A stretch of DNA of 64,000 nucleotides from the human T2T-CHM13v2.0 reference genome, Homo sapiens, in NCBI RefSeq assembly GCF_009914755.1, contig NC_060925.1, one strand, 5' to 3'. Shown in pieces: positions 1 to 21,658 of this stretch. The position numbers were made by a program, and so were the translations under genes. The notes beneath the pieces were generated by a model. It was not told where the DNA came from and made no database searches. It was given only the letters and a program-made list of their open reading frames with translations. Numbering within the stretch: the first letter of the stretch is position 1; every line of letters starts with the position of its first letter.

Positions 1-467
1 AGCTACCAGCCTAAGCCAAAACCCACGAGGTTCATGTGAACTTACAGTTACACAAATAAGAAACAAATGGTACATCCGAAACCATAAGGAAATATTCTGA
101 TGCCCAGATGATGAAGGCTGGGGTGAATTAAGTCCACACATTTATTTCAAGTTGTTAAAGAGTTTGTGGGCCACGCAATGGTCCTTTGCATGCAAGAAGT
201 CAAAGAGCTCCTCCGTGCAATCCTCTTCTGTATGTGATCGAGAGGATACATGCTCATCATAGAGCTCTAGCCGCTCCCGGGCCTTTACACATTTCTCCAA
301 CTGCTCGCATTGCTCTCTCACTGTTGTTAGGGGATCCACTAATTCCTCCTCTTCCTCTTCCTCCTCCTCAGGATCTCCGGATTCGGTAAGCATCTTTTGC
401 TCGTCCTCCAGTCCCATGTCTGGCTACGGTTCTAGATTTAACACGAGCAGCAACAGCGGCACCTCAA
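1..467 (-). other. UQCRHL: Extent of the UQCRH retrocopy in the window (5'UTR ~418-467, CDS, 3'UTR running off the left edge)
   Basis: Unique mRNA-like sequence ends abruptly at ~467, where the Alu mid-linker (aatttttgtatttttagtagag) begins; the poly(A) tail and second TSD would lie outside the window. Confidence 0.8.
142..417 (-). CDS. UQCRHL: Cytochrome b-c1 complex subunit 6-like (hinge protein), intact intronless retrocopy of UQCRH
   Basis: 91-aa [20 protein letters not shown]9[12 protein letters not shown]...HKLFNNLK matches UQCRH as I recall it except Y53, H56 and K78; no introns; flanked by UQCRH-like UTR sequence. Confidence 0.95.
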
Positions 468-591
468 TTTTTGTATTTTTAGTAGAGATGGGGTTTCACC
501 ATGTTGGCCAGGCTGGTCTCAAACTCTTGGCCACAGGTGCTCCGCCACTGAAAGTGCTGGGATTACAGGTGTGAGCCACCGTTCCCGGCCA
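466..591 (-). mobile_element. Alu left monomer abutting the retrocopy 5' end
   Basis: Reverse complement reads ggccgggaacggtggctcacacctgtaatcccagcacttt...gagtttgagaccagcctggccaacatggtgaaacccc...ctactaaaaatacaaaaatt. Confidence 0.9.
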
Positions 592-804
592 GAAACTTCT
601 CTTTATCCTGAGCTCTTAACAATCATCTCCTATAATTTCCTGAAAGTATTAAAGTGTCACTTTCAGCTGGGCGAGGTGGCTCAAGCCTGTAGTCCCAGCA
701 CTTTGGGAGGCCGAGGAGGGCGGATCACTTGAATCCAGAAGTTCAAGATCAGGCTGGGCAACATGGTGAAACCGCATCTCTACCAAAAATACAAAAATTA
801 GTCA

Positions 805-1249
<445 letters not shown>

Positions 1250-2055
1250 TAATTAATTGTTTGTTTGTTTTTTGAGACAGAGTCTTGCTCTGTCACCCCG
1301 GCTGGAGTTTAGTGGCGTGTTCTCGGCTCACTGCAACCTCCACCTTCCAGACTCAAGCGATTCTTGTGCCTCACCCTTCCGAGTACCTGAGACTACAGGC
1401 ATGCGCCACCACGCCCAGCTAATGTTTTGTATTTTTAGTAGATACAGGGTTTCACCATGTTTGACCAGGCTGGTCTCAAACTCCTGAGCTCAGGCAATCT
1501 GCCCGCCTTGGCCTCCCAAAGTGCCAGGATTACAGGCGTGAGGCACTGCACCTGGCCACCTTTCTGTAATTAATACTGATAGTTTGTGTAATACATTTTA
1601 TTTTTCCATGGAAAACACGCACACACACACGCACGCACACTACTGTCAAGAAAAACTCTGAGGCTCATTCACCCAGATTTGTGATTGTTAACTGGTGTTA
1701 AAATGATGTCACCTGGAGGCTTTTTTGAATTTATCAGGACTCACACTTAATGCAAAAGGAAGAAAGCTCTCTCAGGTGAGACAGCCATGGAGTGGGAGGG
1801 TGCAGGAGGAGGCCAACATCATCAGCAAGGATCCCCTGCAAACATGCCGCCCAGGAGGCAAGGCCTGTTTGGCATGTAGACCAGTCCTAGTCCACAGGTA
1901 AACATTCCATGCACTGGGGCAGAGGGGACTTGAGGAATTTATTTACTTCTTTATTGGATGGAGGAGGGTGGTGAGGGAAGAATGGGAAGTATTTGGTTCA
2001 CCCCTGCCATTTATCCTGGGATTCCTGGCATCTGAGGAATCTGCATCCATACTGA

Positions 2056-2442
<387 letters not shown>

Positions 2443-2603
2443 TAATTTTTTTTTTTTTTGAGACAAGGTCTTGCTGTGTCACACAGGCTGGAGTGCAGTG
2501 GCACAATCATGGCTCAAGTGATCCTCCCACCTCGGTCTCCCGAGTAGCTGGGACTAGAGGTACATACCACCACACCTCGCTAATTAAAAGAAAATATTTT
2601 TAG

Positions 2604-2726
<123 letters not shown>

Positions 2727-2744
2727 TAGACACGTGACTGTTTA

Positions 2745-2930
2745 GTGAAAACACGGCACTAGGCTTTTTGAAGCTAAATGACCTGGGTTTGAATGCTAGC
2801 TTTGCCAACCTTAATGACTTAGTTTAAATCTCAGTTTCCTCCCTAATGTGAGGATAACACTGCCTGCATCAAAGAGTTCTAACAAGCTGAAGTATTGGAA
2901 AGGGCTTTGTTAGCTGCAATGCTCCTGCCA
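2745..2930 (+). mobile_element. MIR SINE
   Basis: MIR core-like acctgggtttgaatgctagctttgcc...tctcagtttcct. Confidence 0.65.
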
Positions 2931-3823
2931 AATGTTCTTCATAGCCTTTCCTAAGAGGAGGAAAAAAGAGAGATTTAAGTTTTGTAATTTGGTTGCCCTA
3001 AATAACAATGGGCAAGAGCTAAATCACAAGGCATAAGTGGCAGTGGACACAAGTTCGTTGGAAACATTCCCCAACATTTTTAGCCAAAAAGTTGTTCAGT
3101 TCTCTGTGTTCTCCCTCTTCTGCAACCTACACCCAGCCAAGGGCTGACTCAGTTTTAAGGGAGAAGTAGCATGAATTCAACAACATTGCATTCAGCATCC
3201 TCTATTCCTGCACTGAGCCTCTATTCTTTAGGTAAGGAGAGCCCCAGAATGAGAGGTCTTCAAAAGATGAAATCAGAAGTTGTCAGAGGCTGGGTGTGGT
3301 GGCTAACACTTGTAATCCCAGCACTCTGGGAGGCTGAGGCAGGTGGATCACTTGAGCGCGGGAATTTGAGACCAGCTTGGGCAACACGGTGAAACCCTGT
3401 CTCTATGAAAAATACAAAAATTAGCTGGGTGTGGTGGCATGCACCTGTAGTCTCAGCTGCTCGGGAGGCTGAGGTGAGAGGATCGCTTGAGTAGGGGAAG
3501 CAGAGGTTGCAGTGAGCCAAGAGTGAGTCACTGCACTCCAGCCTGGGTGACATAGCAAGACCCTATTTCAAAAGAAAAAAAAAGTTATCAGAGATTCATA
3601 AAGGGGATTCAGACATTAGGTGAGAAGTTTGGATGAGATAAACACTAAAATCTCTTCGAACTCCAAAGTTCTATACAAAAGAGTTCCTCTCAAAGTGTAT
3701 CATCTAGTGGGGGAGATAAAACCTGAACAGGCCGGGCCCGGTGGCTCATGCCTGTAATCCCAGCACTTTGGGAGGCTGAGGCAGGCAGATCACGAGGTCA
3801 GGAGATCGAGACCATCCTGGCTA

Positions 3824-4030
<207 letters not shown>

Positions 4031-4481
4031 TCATATAGTGATAGAAATAGTCATAGGGTATCCAGATGAAACTCTGGCTGTACCTAAGGCATGAACACTC
4101 ATCAGGGCAAGCCAGTGTGGTCTGGCTGGAAAAGGGATGCTATTGGGAGGTGACTAAGCTGAGAGTGGGGAGGCTGGGGAGATTCATTGTACTGAGTGCC
4201 TACTGCCAGATATTCTGGAGCTTTTATCCCAGTGGGAGATGCAGACAAAAACAGGTAAACAAGAGAATGCAGATAGAAGTAAGAAAAATAAGGCAAGGGA
4301 AAGAATGGAGGGGAGGGACACGTGAAACTAGATGCAAGTGATATGAAGGAGCCTTCCGTGTGCAGAATTTGAGCATGGACCTTATGGGCAGAGGAAACAG
4401 CATAGATAAAGTCCTGAGGCGAGCGTAAGCATTGTGTATTTGAATAACCATTGCGAGGAACAGTGACTATTTTTCTACTAG

Positions 4482-4886
<405 letters not shown>

Positions 4887-5341
4887 TAAAGTTGGAAGGC
4901 TTCAGCCAGCTGTCATTAAAGGAAGGGTGGGCCCTTGGTCTGCAACTGCCAATTAAAGAGATTATAGGGTGACAGTGACAGCAACATTGCAACTGAAAGG
5001 GACAAGCAAAGCTTGCTAGTCAGTGTGAGCCTAGAGGTGGCTTAGAAGACAAAGGCGTCTCACATTATGCTCCCACTCACACACATACACCTTAGTTTTG
5101 TGAGGTGTGCAGGATAGTTTTCATCTTCATATTGCACCTGTGGAAACAGAAGTGAAATGACTTACTCAAGCCATATAGTAAGCAACCAGCTAGGCTAAGA
5201 CCCAGTTTCCTCATCCCCAATCGACTGCTCTTCCCTTTATTTATTTATTTACAGACAGAGTCTCACTCTGTTGCCCAAGCTGGAGTGCAGTTCGAGGCTG
5301 CAATGAGCTATGATGGTGCCACTGCACTCCAGCCTGGGTGA

Positions 5342-5656
<315 letters not shown>

Positions 5657-6371
5657 TAGGGTCTTGCTCTGTCGCTCAGGCTGGAGTGCAGTGGCACATT
5701 TTTGGCTCACTGCAACCAGTGGCACATTCTTGGCTCACTGCAACCTCTTGCTCTTGGGTTCAAGTGATACTCCTGCCAGCTAATTTTTGTATTTTTTACA
5801 GGCATGATCCACCGCACCTGGCCTGAGACTCCATCTCTACAAAAAAAAAAAAAAAAAAAAATTAGCCAGGCATGGAGTGGCGCACCTCCTCGGGAGGATG
5901 AGGTAGGAGGATAGGTTGAGGCCAGGAGTTCAAGGCTGCAATGAGCTATGGTGGTGTCACTGCACTCCAGCCTGGGTGACAGAGCAAAATCTTGTCTCCA
6001 GAAATAAATAAATTAAAATAAAATTGCATAAGATTATATTCTAAGTAGGCCGGGCGCAGTGGCTCACACCAGTAATCCCAGCACTTTGGGAGAGTGAGGC
6101 GGGTGGATCACGAAGTCAGGAGATCAAGACCATCCTGGTTAACATGGTGAAATCCCGTCTCTACTAAAAATACAAAAAATTAGGCAGGCGTGGTGACCGC
6201 ACCTGTAGTCCCAGCTACTCGGGAGGCCGAAGCAGGAGAATCGCTTGAAATGGGAGGCAGAGGTTGCAGTGAGCTGAGATTGTGCCACTGCACGCCAGCC
6301 TGGGCAACAGAGCGAGACGCTGTCTCAAAAAAAAAAAAGTTATATCGGAAGTACTGCCTGAAACTATTCAG

Positions 6372-8193
<1,822 letters not shown>

Positions 8194-9764
8194 GGCTGGA
8201 CCAGTAGCTCCCCTTCTATTGATGGGAAATTTGAGGCACAGAGAAAATGAGTGGCCTAAGATCATACACAGAGTCAATGGCAGAAATAACTCTGGCTCCC
8301 TATTGGTGCTCTTTTCACTTCATTACCATATAAAAGCAGCTAAACAAAGGTTTCTCAGCTTCTCATGACAATGGCTACTTGGTCCTTTTATATGCCTCAT
8401 CTCTGCTCATTCTCACTCTTGTCTAACCTAGGTTCTAGCAGCTGCACACAGATGCAGCTGTGACCTCGAGAGGGCAGCACTCGTTAAGATGACTCCAAAA
8501 TACAATCTCTTATCTGAGACCCAAAAATAGAGTGAATATATCGTCCTGTCCTAACGAAAAAAAGAAAAATGCATTAGAAAGTGTCTCAACTGCTTCTGAT
8601 GATGATATATATGCATTCACACCAGTGTAAATGTAAGAGGTTTTCCTTTTTTTTTTTTTTTTTGACAAATTGTCAACAAAGGTGAATTCAAGCACAAACA
8701 ATCCCCACATTTAGCTAGACTGGAAAGCACTGAGGCCACATCAGTGGCAAAGGCAAGACAGGCATTTGAGAGAACCACCCAGAGAAACTTTTTTTTTTTT
8801 TTTTTTTGAGACAGAGTCTCGCTCTGTTGCCAGGCTGGAGTGCAGTGGCTCGATCTCTGCTCACTTCAACCAACCTCCGCCTCCCAGGTTCAAGCAATTC
8901 TCCTGCCTCAGCCTCCCAAGTAGCTGGAACTACAGGCACACGCCACCACGCCTGGCTAATTTTTTGTATTTTAGTAGGGACGAGTTTCACCATGTTGGCC
9001 AGGATGATCTCAATCTCCTGACCTCGTGATCTGCCTGCCTCGGCCTCCCAAAAGTGCTGGGATTACAGCTGTAAGCCACCATGCCCGGCCCCCAGAGATA
9101 CTTTTAAGTGTTTCCTGAGCACTGGGGGAACATGAAGAGGGAGAAAATTAGATCTCAGAGAGCCCAAGGGACAGTTTTAAGTAGACTCGTGACCCAGGTT
9201 TGTCCTTTTCTGAGTAGACTAGAGTTTCCATCTCTTTATTCTGGGATGTCCAGTAATAAAATGGGGCTAGTAGGGCTTGCAAGCAATGAGGTATTTATGA
9301 AGTACAATTAATGTATGCAAAGGGCTTTGAGATCCTTCAGATTAAAAAGTGTCCTGTGCAGGTGCAAGATGGACTGGTGTTGCTGTGAGGGCAAATATAT
9401 TTTGTGGGTGTTACCATTGTTGTTGAACAAGGCAGTGGGGGAAAAAGTAGTTAAGATTATGTGGCACGATCCTTCAACATGACCCAGAACTGGGCCATAG
9501 GAAACTTGTACAGACTATCACATCAGATGATGGAGAGAAACATCACTGAGAATGCATAAATCCCCGGAGGCAGAATGGTTAATTTCGTGAGGCACAGTCA
9601 TGTCTAGACAAATCTGGTGGGGCTATTTAGAAAAACACATATGGTACTTCTGGCTTTACAAGGAAGGGGACCAAGTCACATTACTCAGCAAATATCTTTC
9701 CTTAGTCTGAACTTGGCTTCTAAGATTTTCTGAGAACTGAGCTTTTTTTTTTTCTTTTTTTTGA

Positions 9765-9917
<153 letters not shown>

Positions 9918-9920
9918 TAA

Positions 9921-10064
<144 letters not shown>

Positions 10065-10709
10065 TAAATAATCTTGAAAGGCCTGGTGCTGGGTTAATAG
10101 CAGGAACTAGGCTAGTAGCGTAATTAAACATCCCCATATTGCAACACTTAAACATATGGGAATCCCAATGAGTTCCTAATGTATAATTCCTAAATTTAAT
10201 CCTAAATTGTTCCAATGAATCCTTTTATATGACCTTGGCTAATTATGTAATATCTTAATCTCCAGTGGTAATGATAAATGTGAAAATGATGGCGTGAGTT
10301 GATTCATTTCTCCTTGCAGATATTCTATCAGGACCAATGATAAGGGCTTCTAGAAATAAAACCTCAGCAGACAGGAAACTGCCTTCAAACTTCAGCAATC
10401 AAGAATATTACTTACTTTAGTCCCTGGAATGCATGAGAAAATGGAAATGCACTGAATTAGATTTTTACAAAATTTTTATCAGCTAGAACTTTGGTTCAGA
10501 TCACTCCTATAATATTCAGGAAGACCATACAGACTTATCATGAAAATGAATAGTTCAGTTTACTTGGGGTATGATTAGTTAGGAAGGAATTAAGAAATCC
10601 GTAGCAGAAATATCCATACATTTAAAAGTTAATTCTGGCCAGGCACAGTGGCTCACACCTGTAGCCCCAGGACTTTGGCAGGCTGAGGTGAGTAGATCAC
10701 CAGAGGTCA

Positions 10710-11024
<315 letters not shown>

Positions 11025-11445
11025 CTAGGTGGGTGCAGTGGCTCTGACCTCAGCACTTTGGGATGCCAGGGCAGGTGGATTGCTTGAGCCCAGTAGTTTA
11101 AGACCAGCCTGGGCAACAGCGCAAAACCCCATCTCTACAAAAAATACAAAAACTAGCAGGGCAGCGTGGTGTGTGCCTCTAGTCCCAGCTACGTGGGAGG
11201 CTGAGGGGGGAAGATGGCTTGAGCTCAGGAGGTGAAGAGGTTGCAATGAGCTATGATCATGCCACTGTACTCCAGCCTGGGTGAGAGAGTGAGATCCTGT
11301 CTAAAAAAAAAAAGATAAAAATAAAAAGATGTAATATAACACTCACGTGCCCAGCATTATAAATGTAATTCGGGATTTAATTTATGACATAAAGCTAATT
11401 GACTTCAAAGCTTTGTATGCTGTCTTTTTTGAACTCCTGGCCTCA

Positions 11446-11712
<267 letters not shown>

Positions 11713-12098
11713 TCAGGAGGGTGAGGCAGGAGAATCACTTGAACCCAGGAGGTGGAGGTTGCAGTGAGCCGAGATTGTGTCACTGTGCTCCAGCTTGGGT
11801 GACAGAGTGAGACTTTATCTCAAAAAACAAACAAACAAAAAAACAACACAGACAGTTCTGTAATACTATATGGTTTTATAGGGCAAAACTATTTTGTAAA
11901 ATATTATTATACTCCATCCATGAATTTCAAAGCAGTTGACAGAATCATTAGAGTCTTGGTGTATTCCTCTATGCTTTTAAAAAAATCCATTTAAGAAATA
12001 AAAAAGCCGGGCATGGTGGCTCACGCCTGTAATCCCAGCACTTTGGGAGGCCGAGGCATGTGGATCACAAGGTCAGGAGATTGAGACCATCATGGCTA

Positions 12099-12623
<525 letters not shown>

Positions 12624-12985
12624 TCAGTGGACTTTATCCTCATATTAACATAAACAGTTTAAATAGTATTTCTCAGATTATAAAGCACGTTTACATCTAT
12701 TATCTGATTTGATTGAATGTTCAAAACAATCCTGTGGGGTAGATGTGTTATATATACTTAATAGATTTAATAAATTTCTAAAATTAACTCAATGAATATT
12801 TGTCGAGCAACTACTGTTTGCCAGGCACTAGTCTAGAAGATGACCATTCAGACAAAAAGAAAACACACCAAGACCCTACAAAAATGTTTATGTAACTTGC
12901 CCAAGAACACAGAAGGTGAATCCAATCATTTTGACTGGTGTATTCTATCATTTTTTCTATCTTAATTTGGAAAAATGAAGCATAG

Positions 12986-13108
<123 letters not shown>

Positions 13109-13151
13109 TGAGTAGCTGAGACTACAGGCATGCGCCACCACGCCCAGCTAA

Positions 13152-13298
<147 letters not shown>

Positions 13299-14241
13299 TA
13301 GATAATTATCTTGACTCTGTCTCTTGGTAAATTTGTGGCATTTCTGGCATGGACTTGCTCAACCACATTTGCTTGCCAGCATCTGCCCCCATACATTCCA
13401 TCCTCCAGTCCTCTACTAGCTGAACTATCGAAAGCCAGTTCCTTTGCTTATGCAGCCCTTCCCTCCTACTTCAGGGCTCAGGTCATCCTGTCAATTCTTT
13501 CCACTCTCCAACCCACATCCATTCCCTACTCCCAGACTGGGCAACACAGTGAGACCCTGTCTCTACAAAAAATTTTAAAATTAGCCGGGGGTGGTGGCAT
13601 GCTCTTGTATTCACAGACACCTGGGAGGCTGAGGCAGAGAAGGGAGGATCCCTTGTACCCAGGAGTTAAAAGCTGCAGTGAGCCATGATCACATCACTGC
13701 TGGGTGACAGAGCAAGACCCTGTCTCAAAAAAAAAAAAAAAAAAAAACTGAAAACATCCAGCATATTTGTACACAGGGTTTCAATGTCCCCAATATAATG
13801 GATACTGTACTTACTTGTTTATCTTCTTTTGAAAGGAGAGAGAAATCTTTCTTAAGGCCAGACACAGTGACTCACGCCTATAATTCCAGTACTTTGGGAG
13901 GATGAGGTGGGCAGATCACTTGAGGCCAGGAGTTCGAGACCAGCCGGGCCAACATGGCGAAACCCTGTCTCTACTAAAAATACAAAAATTAGCCAGGCAT
14001 CCTGGCATGTGCCTGTAGTCCCAGCTACTCGGGAGACTGAGGCAGGAGAGTCACTTGAAAGCAGGAGGCACGGGACACGGTGGCTCATGCCTGTAATCCC
14101 AGCACTTTGGGAGGCTGAAGCAGGTGGATCATGAGGTCAAGAGATCGAGACCATCCTGGACAACATGGTGAAACCCGTCTCTACTAAAAATACAAAAATT
14201 AGCTGGGCGTAGTGGTGTGCACTTGTAGTCCCAGCTACTTA

Positions 14242-14370
<129 letters not shown>

Positions 14371-14393
14371 CTAGGAAGCAGAGGTTGAAGTGA

Positions 14394-14750
<357 letters not shown>

Positions 14751-14898
14751 TGAGCCACCGCGCCCGGCCAAAACTTTCTTAAAATTTAATACTCTCCAGG
14801 AAGTAGAATTTTCATGACATATACTCTACATGTAACTAATGCATTAATACCATCAGAAATACATCTCAACTAGTTTGTTAAAGAAATGATCTTTTCCG

Positions 14899-15284
<386 letters not shown>

Positions 15285-15932
15285 TCAAGGGATATCTCAG
15301 AATCCCTCGAAATCCTGATATTCCATTTCAGAAGACAGCTTTCCTCAACCACCCCCAATTTCTCCCTGTCCCCCAGGCTGGAGTGCAGTGGTGTGATCTT
15401 AGCTCACTGCAACATCTGCCTCCCAATGCCCCAAAATTGAATCCAATCCCTCAATCACTACCAGTATAAATCAATGTAAATGACAGAAGTATAGTGTGTG
15501 CTAGGACAAAGGAAAAACAGGTGAAGACCTTATTCTACATAAGCTGGAGAGCAACATTTCATAAATACTTAGAAAATGTACACTTAACCATATACTACTG
15601 CTAGGCTTCATCCAAAGTGACAAATATCAAAAAATAAAAAATTGTGGGCTGGGCGCAGTGGCTCACGCCAGTAATTCCAGCACTTTAGGAGGCCAAGGCG
15701 GGCAGATCACCTGAGGTCAGGAGTTCCAGACCAGCCTGGCCAACATGGTGAAACCCCACCTCTACCAAAAATACAAAAATTAGCTGGGTGTGGTGGCACA
15801 TGCTTATAGTCCAAGCTACTTGGGAGGCTGAGGCAGGAGAATGGCTTGAACCCTAGAGGTTGAGGCTGCAGTGAGCCAAGATCACACCATCACCCTCCGG
15901 CCTGGGCGACAGAGTGACAAGACTCCATCTCA

Positions 15933-16181
<249 letters not shown>

Positions 16182-16570
16182 TTAGCAGAGATCGTGCCAT
16201 TGCACTCCTGCCTGGTCAACAAGAGTGAAACTCCATCTCAAAAAAAAAAAAAAAAAAAGCTTCAATAGCTATTAGGCATAAATGTTGCAGGATAAAATAT
16301 ACATGATACTTTATATCTGTATTTAATCACATGTTCCAATAAAGAATGATAAAGTAATACATTGAAAATACAAATTGGCCAAGCACAGTGACTCACGCCT
16401 GTAATCCTAGCACTTTGGGAGGCCCAGGTGAGTGGATCATCTGATCTCAGAAGTTGGAGACCAGCCTGGGCAACATGGAGAAGCCCCATCTCTATCAAAA
16501 ATACAAAATATTAGCCGGGTGTAGTGGCATCACCTGTAGTCCCAGCTACTCAGGAGGCTGAGCCGGATGA

Positions 16571-16814
<244 letters not shown>

Positions 16815-17138
16815 TGAACTCCTGACCTCAGGTTATCCACCTGCCTTGGCCTCCCAAAGTGCTGGGATTACAGGGGTAAGCCACCGAGCCTGGACTTGAC
16901 TTTTGATTATATTTATCAGTACATAGAATTCTGAAGGTGAGCTGGGTTGGGTGGCTCATGCCTCTAATTCCAGCACTTTGGAAGCCCGAGGCAGGCAGAT
17001 CACTGGAGGTCAGAAGCTCGAGACCAGCCTGGCCAACATGGCAAAACCCCTTCTCTACTAAAAAACACAAAAATGAGGCTGGACGCGGTGGCTCACGCCT
17101 ATAATCCCAGCACTTTGGAGGCTGAGGTGGGCGGATCA

Positions 17139-17372
<234 letters not shown>

Positions 17373-17571
17373 TTAGCCGCCTGTGGTGGCGCATGCCTGT
17401 AATCCCAGCTACTTGGGAGGCTGAGGCAGAAGATTGCTTGAACCTGGGAGGCTGCAGCTATAATAAGCCGAGATTGCACCACTGCACTCCAGCCTGGGTG
17501 ACAGAGGAAGACTCCGTCTCAAAAAAAAAAAATTTATGAAATTCTGAAGGTGGAGCTTGACCCCAAAGTGA

Positions 17572-17763
<192 letters not shown>

Positions 17764-18194
17764 TAGTAGAGACGGGGTTTCTCCATGTTGGTCAGGCTAG
17801 TCTTGAATTCCAGACCTCAGGTGATCTGCCTGCCTCAGCCTCCCAAAGTGCTAGGATTACAGGCATGAGCCACCGCGACCAACCTTAATATTTGTATTTT
17901 ATTAGAGATGGGGTTTCACCGGGTTGGCCAAGCTGGTCTTGAACTCCTGACCTCAGGCAATCCACCCATCTCGGCCTCCCAAAGTGCTGGGATTACAGGT
18001 GTGAGCCACCGTGCCCAACCCACGTTTTCAAATTAAGCACGTAGACAATCTTTTTATTTCACTGTTGTTCACTGGGATGTGGTGGAACTAGAGCAGGGTC
18101 CAATATGGGGGAAGAAAGTCTTTTAAAAAGAAAATTATGGCTGGGTGCGGTGGCTCACGCCTGTAATCCCAGCACTTTGGAAGGCCGAGGCGGG

Positions 18195-19810
<1,616 letters not shown>

Positions 19811-20481
19811 TTAAAATCCTGAGTTTTCAGAGTCTTTTTGATATATTGTCTAACTAGGCCACTATACCATGATGCCAACATGATAAATCTACAGGTTTCA
19901 TATAATCTGCACACTTGTCAGGATAGAATTTTGCTTTGGGGATGACCATTTTGTACTCTGGCAGGACAAACAAATGTTGGATGTCCCAGGGGCTTTGTTT
20001 ACTTTTATAGATGTGTTTCTATTTTTCTTCTTCTTTTGAGACGGCGTCTCGCTCTGTCGCCCAGGCTGGAGTGCAGTGGCATCATCTTGGTTCACTGCAA
20101 TCTCCGCCCTCCCTGGTTCAAGCGATTCTCCTGCCTCAGCCTCCGGGACTATAGGCGCGTGCCAGCACGCCTGACTAATTTTTATGTTTTTTAGTAGAGA
20201 CGGGGTTTCACCATGTTGGTCAGACTGGTCTGGATTTCCTGACTTCGTGATCTGCCCGCCTCGGCCTCCCAAAGTGCCGGGATTACAGGCATGTGCCAGC
20301 GTGCCTGGCCATGTTTCTATTTTTCTAAGTATACTGTTGCTGCAAGGATTTGTTCCTTGAACTCCAATACTTCTGAAGTACAGGGAAGCATTTTATAACC
20401 AACTCTCTGAACGTTTTGCCTCAAAGGAGAAAAAATTATTACACCGTGTGGGAGTGCTAACTGCAGCCAAAAATATTTTGA

Positions 20482-20868
<387 letters not shown>

Positions 20869-21412
20869 TAGTAGAGACGGGGTTTCACCGTGTTAGCCAG
20901 GATGGTCTCGATCTCTGACCTCGAGATCTGCCTGCCTCGGCCTCCCAAAGTGCTGGGATTACAGGCGTTGAGCCACTGCACCCAGCCCAGCCCACACCAT
21001 TTCTATACTGCCTTGACTGTCTTAAGAATCTGGGTGTAATCAAAGTTTTGGTTAACATCTACCCTCTTTTAGGGAACACAAATGTGGTACAAATTAATTC
21101 AGACACCTCAGTTTTAGAGTAAGAAAGAAAAACTACATGAACAATGAATTGGCAATTCTGGAATTCACTAGTCTGGTCTAGCTTGACAAACACAAATGAG
21201 ATACAGGACTACATAAACAAAGGCCTTTTCACCTCTAGGGCAGATCATGAAATTGTGGTGATTCAAAATCTGTTTATTTGAACATGGTTCTCTGCATATT
21301 TAAAGTTCACTAGTTCCAACAGTGTTTGGGTTTTTTCGGTTTAGGAAGCTGGAAAAAGTCTTAAGGTCGATATGAGGATGGGGGAGGAGGTTAGCTCTGG
21401 ATTTCTGTTTAA

Positions 21413-21658
<246 letters not shown>

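Noticed and set aside
186-389. 67-aa plus-strand ORF over UQCRHL
   Set aside because: Antisense shadow of the real CDS.
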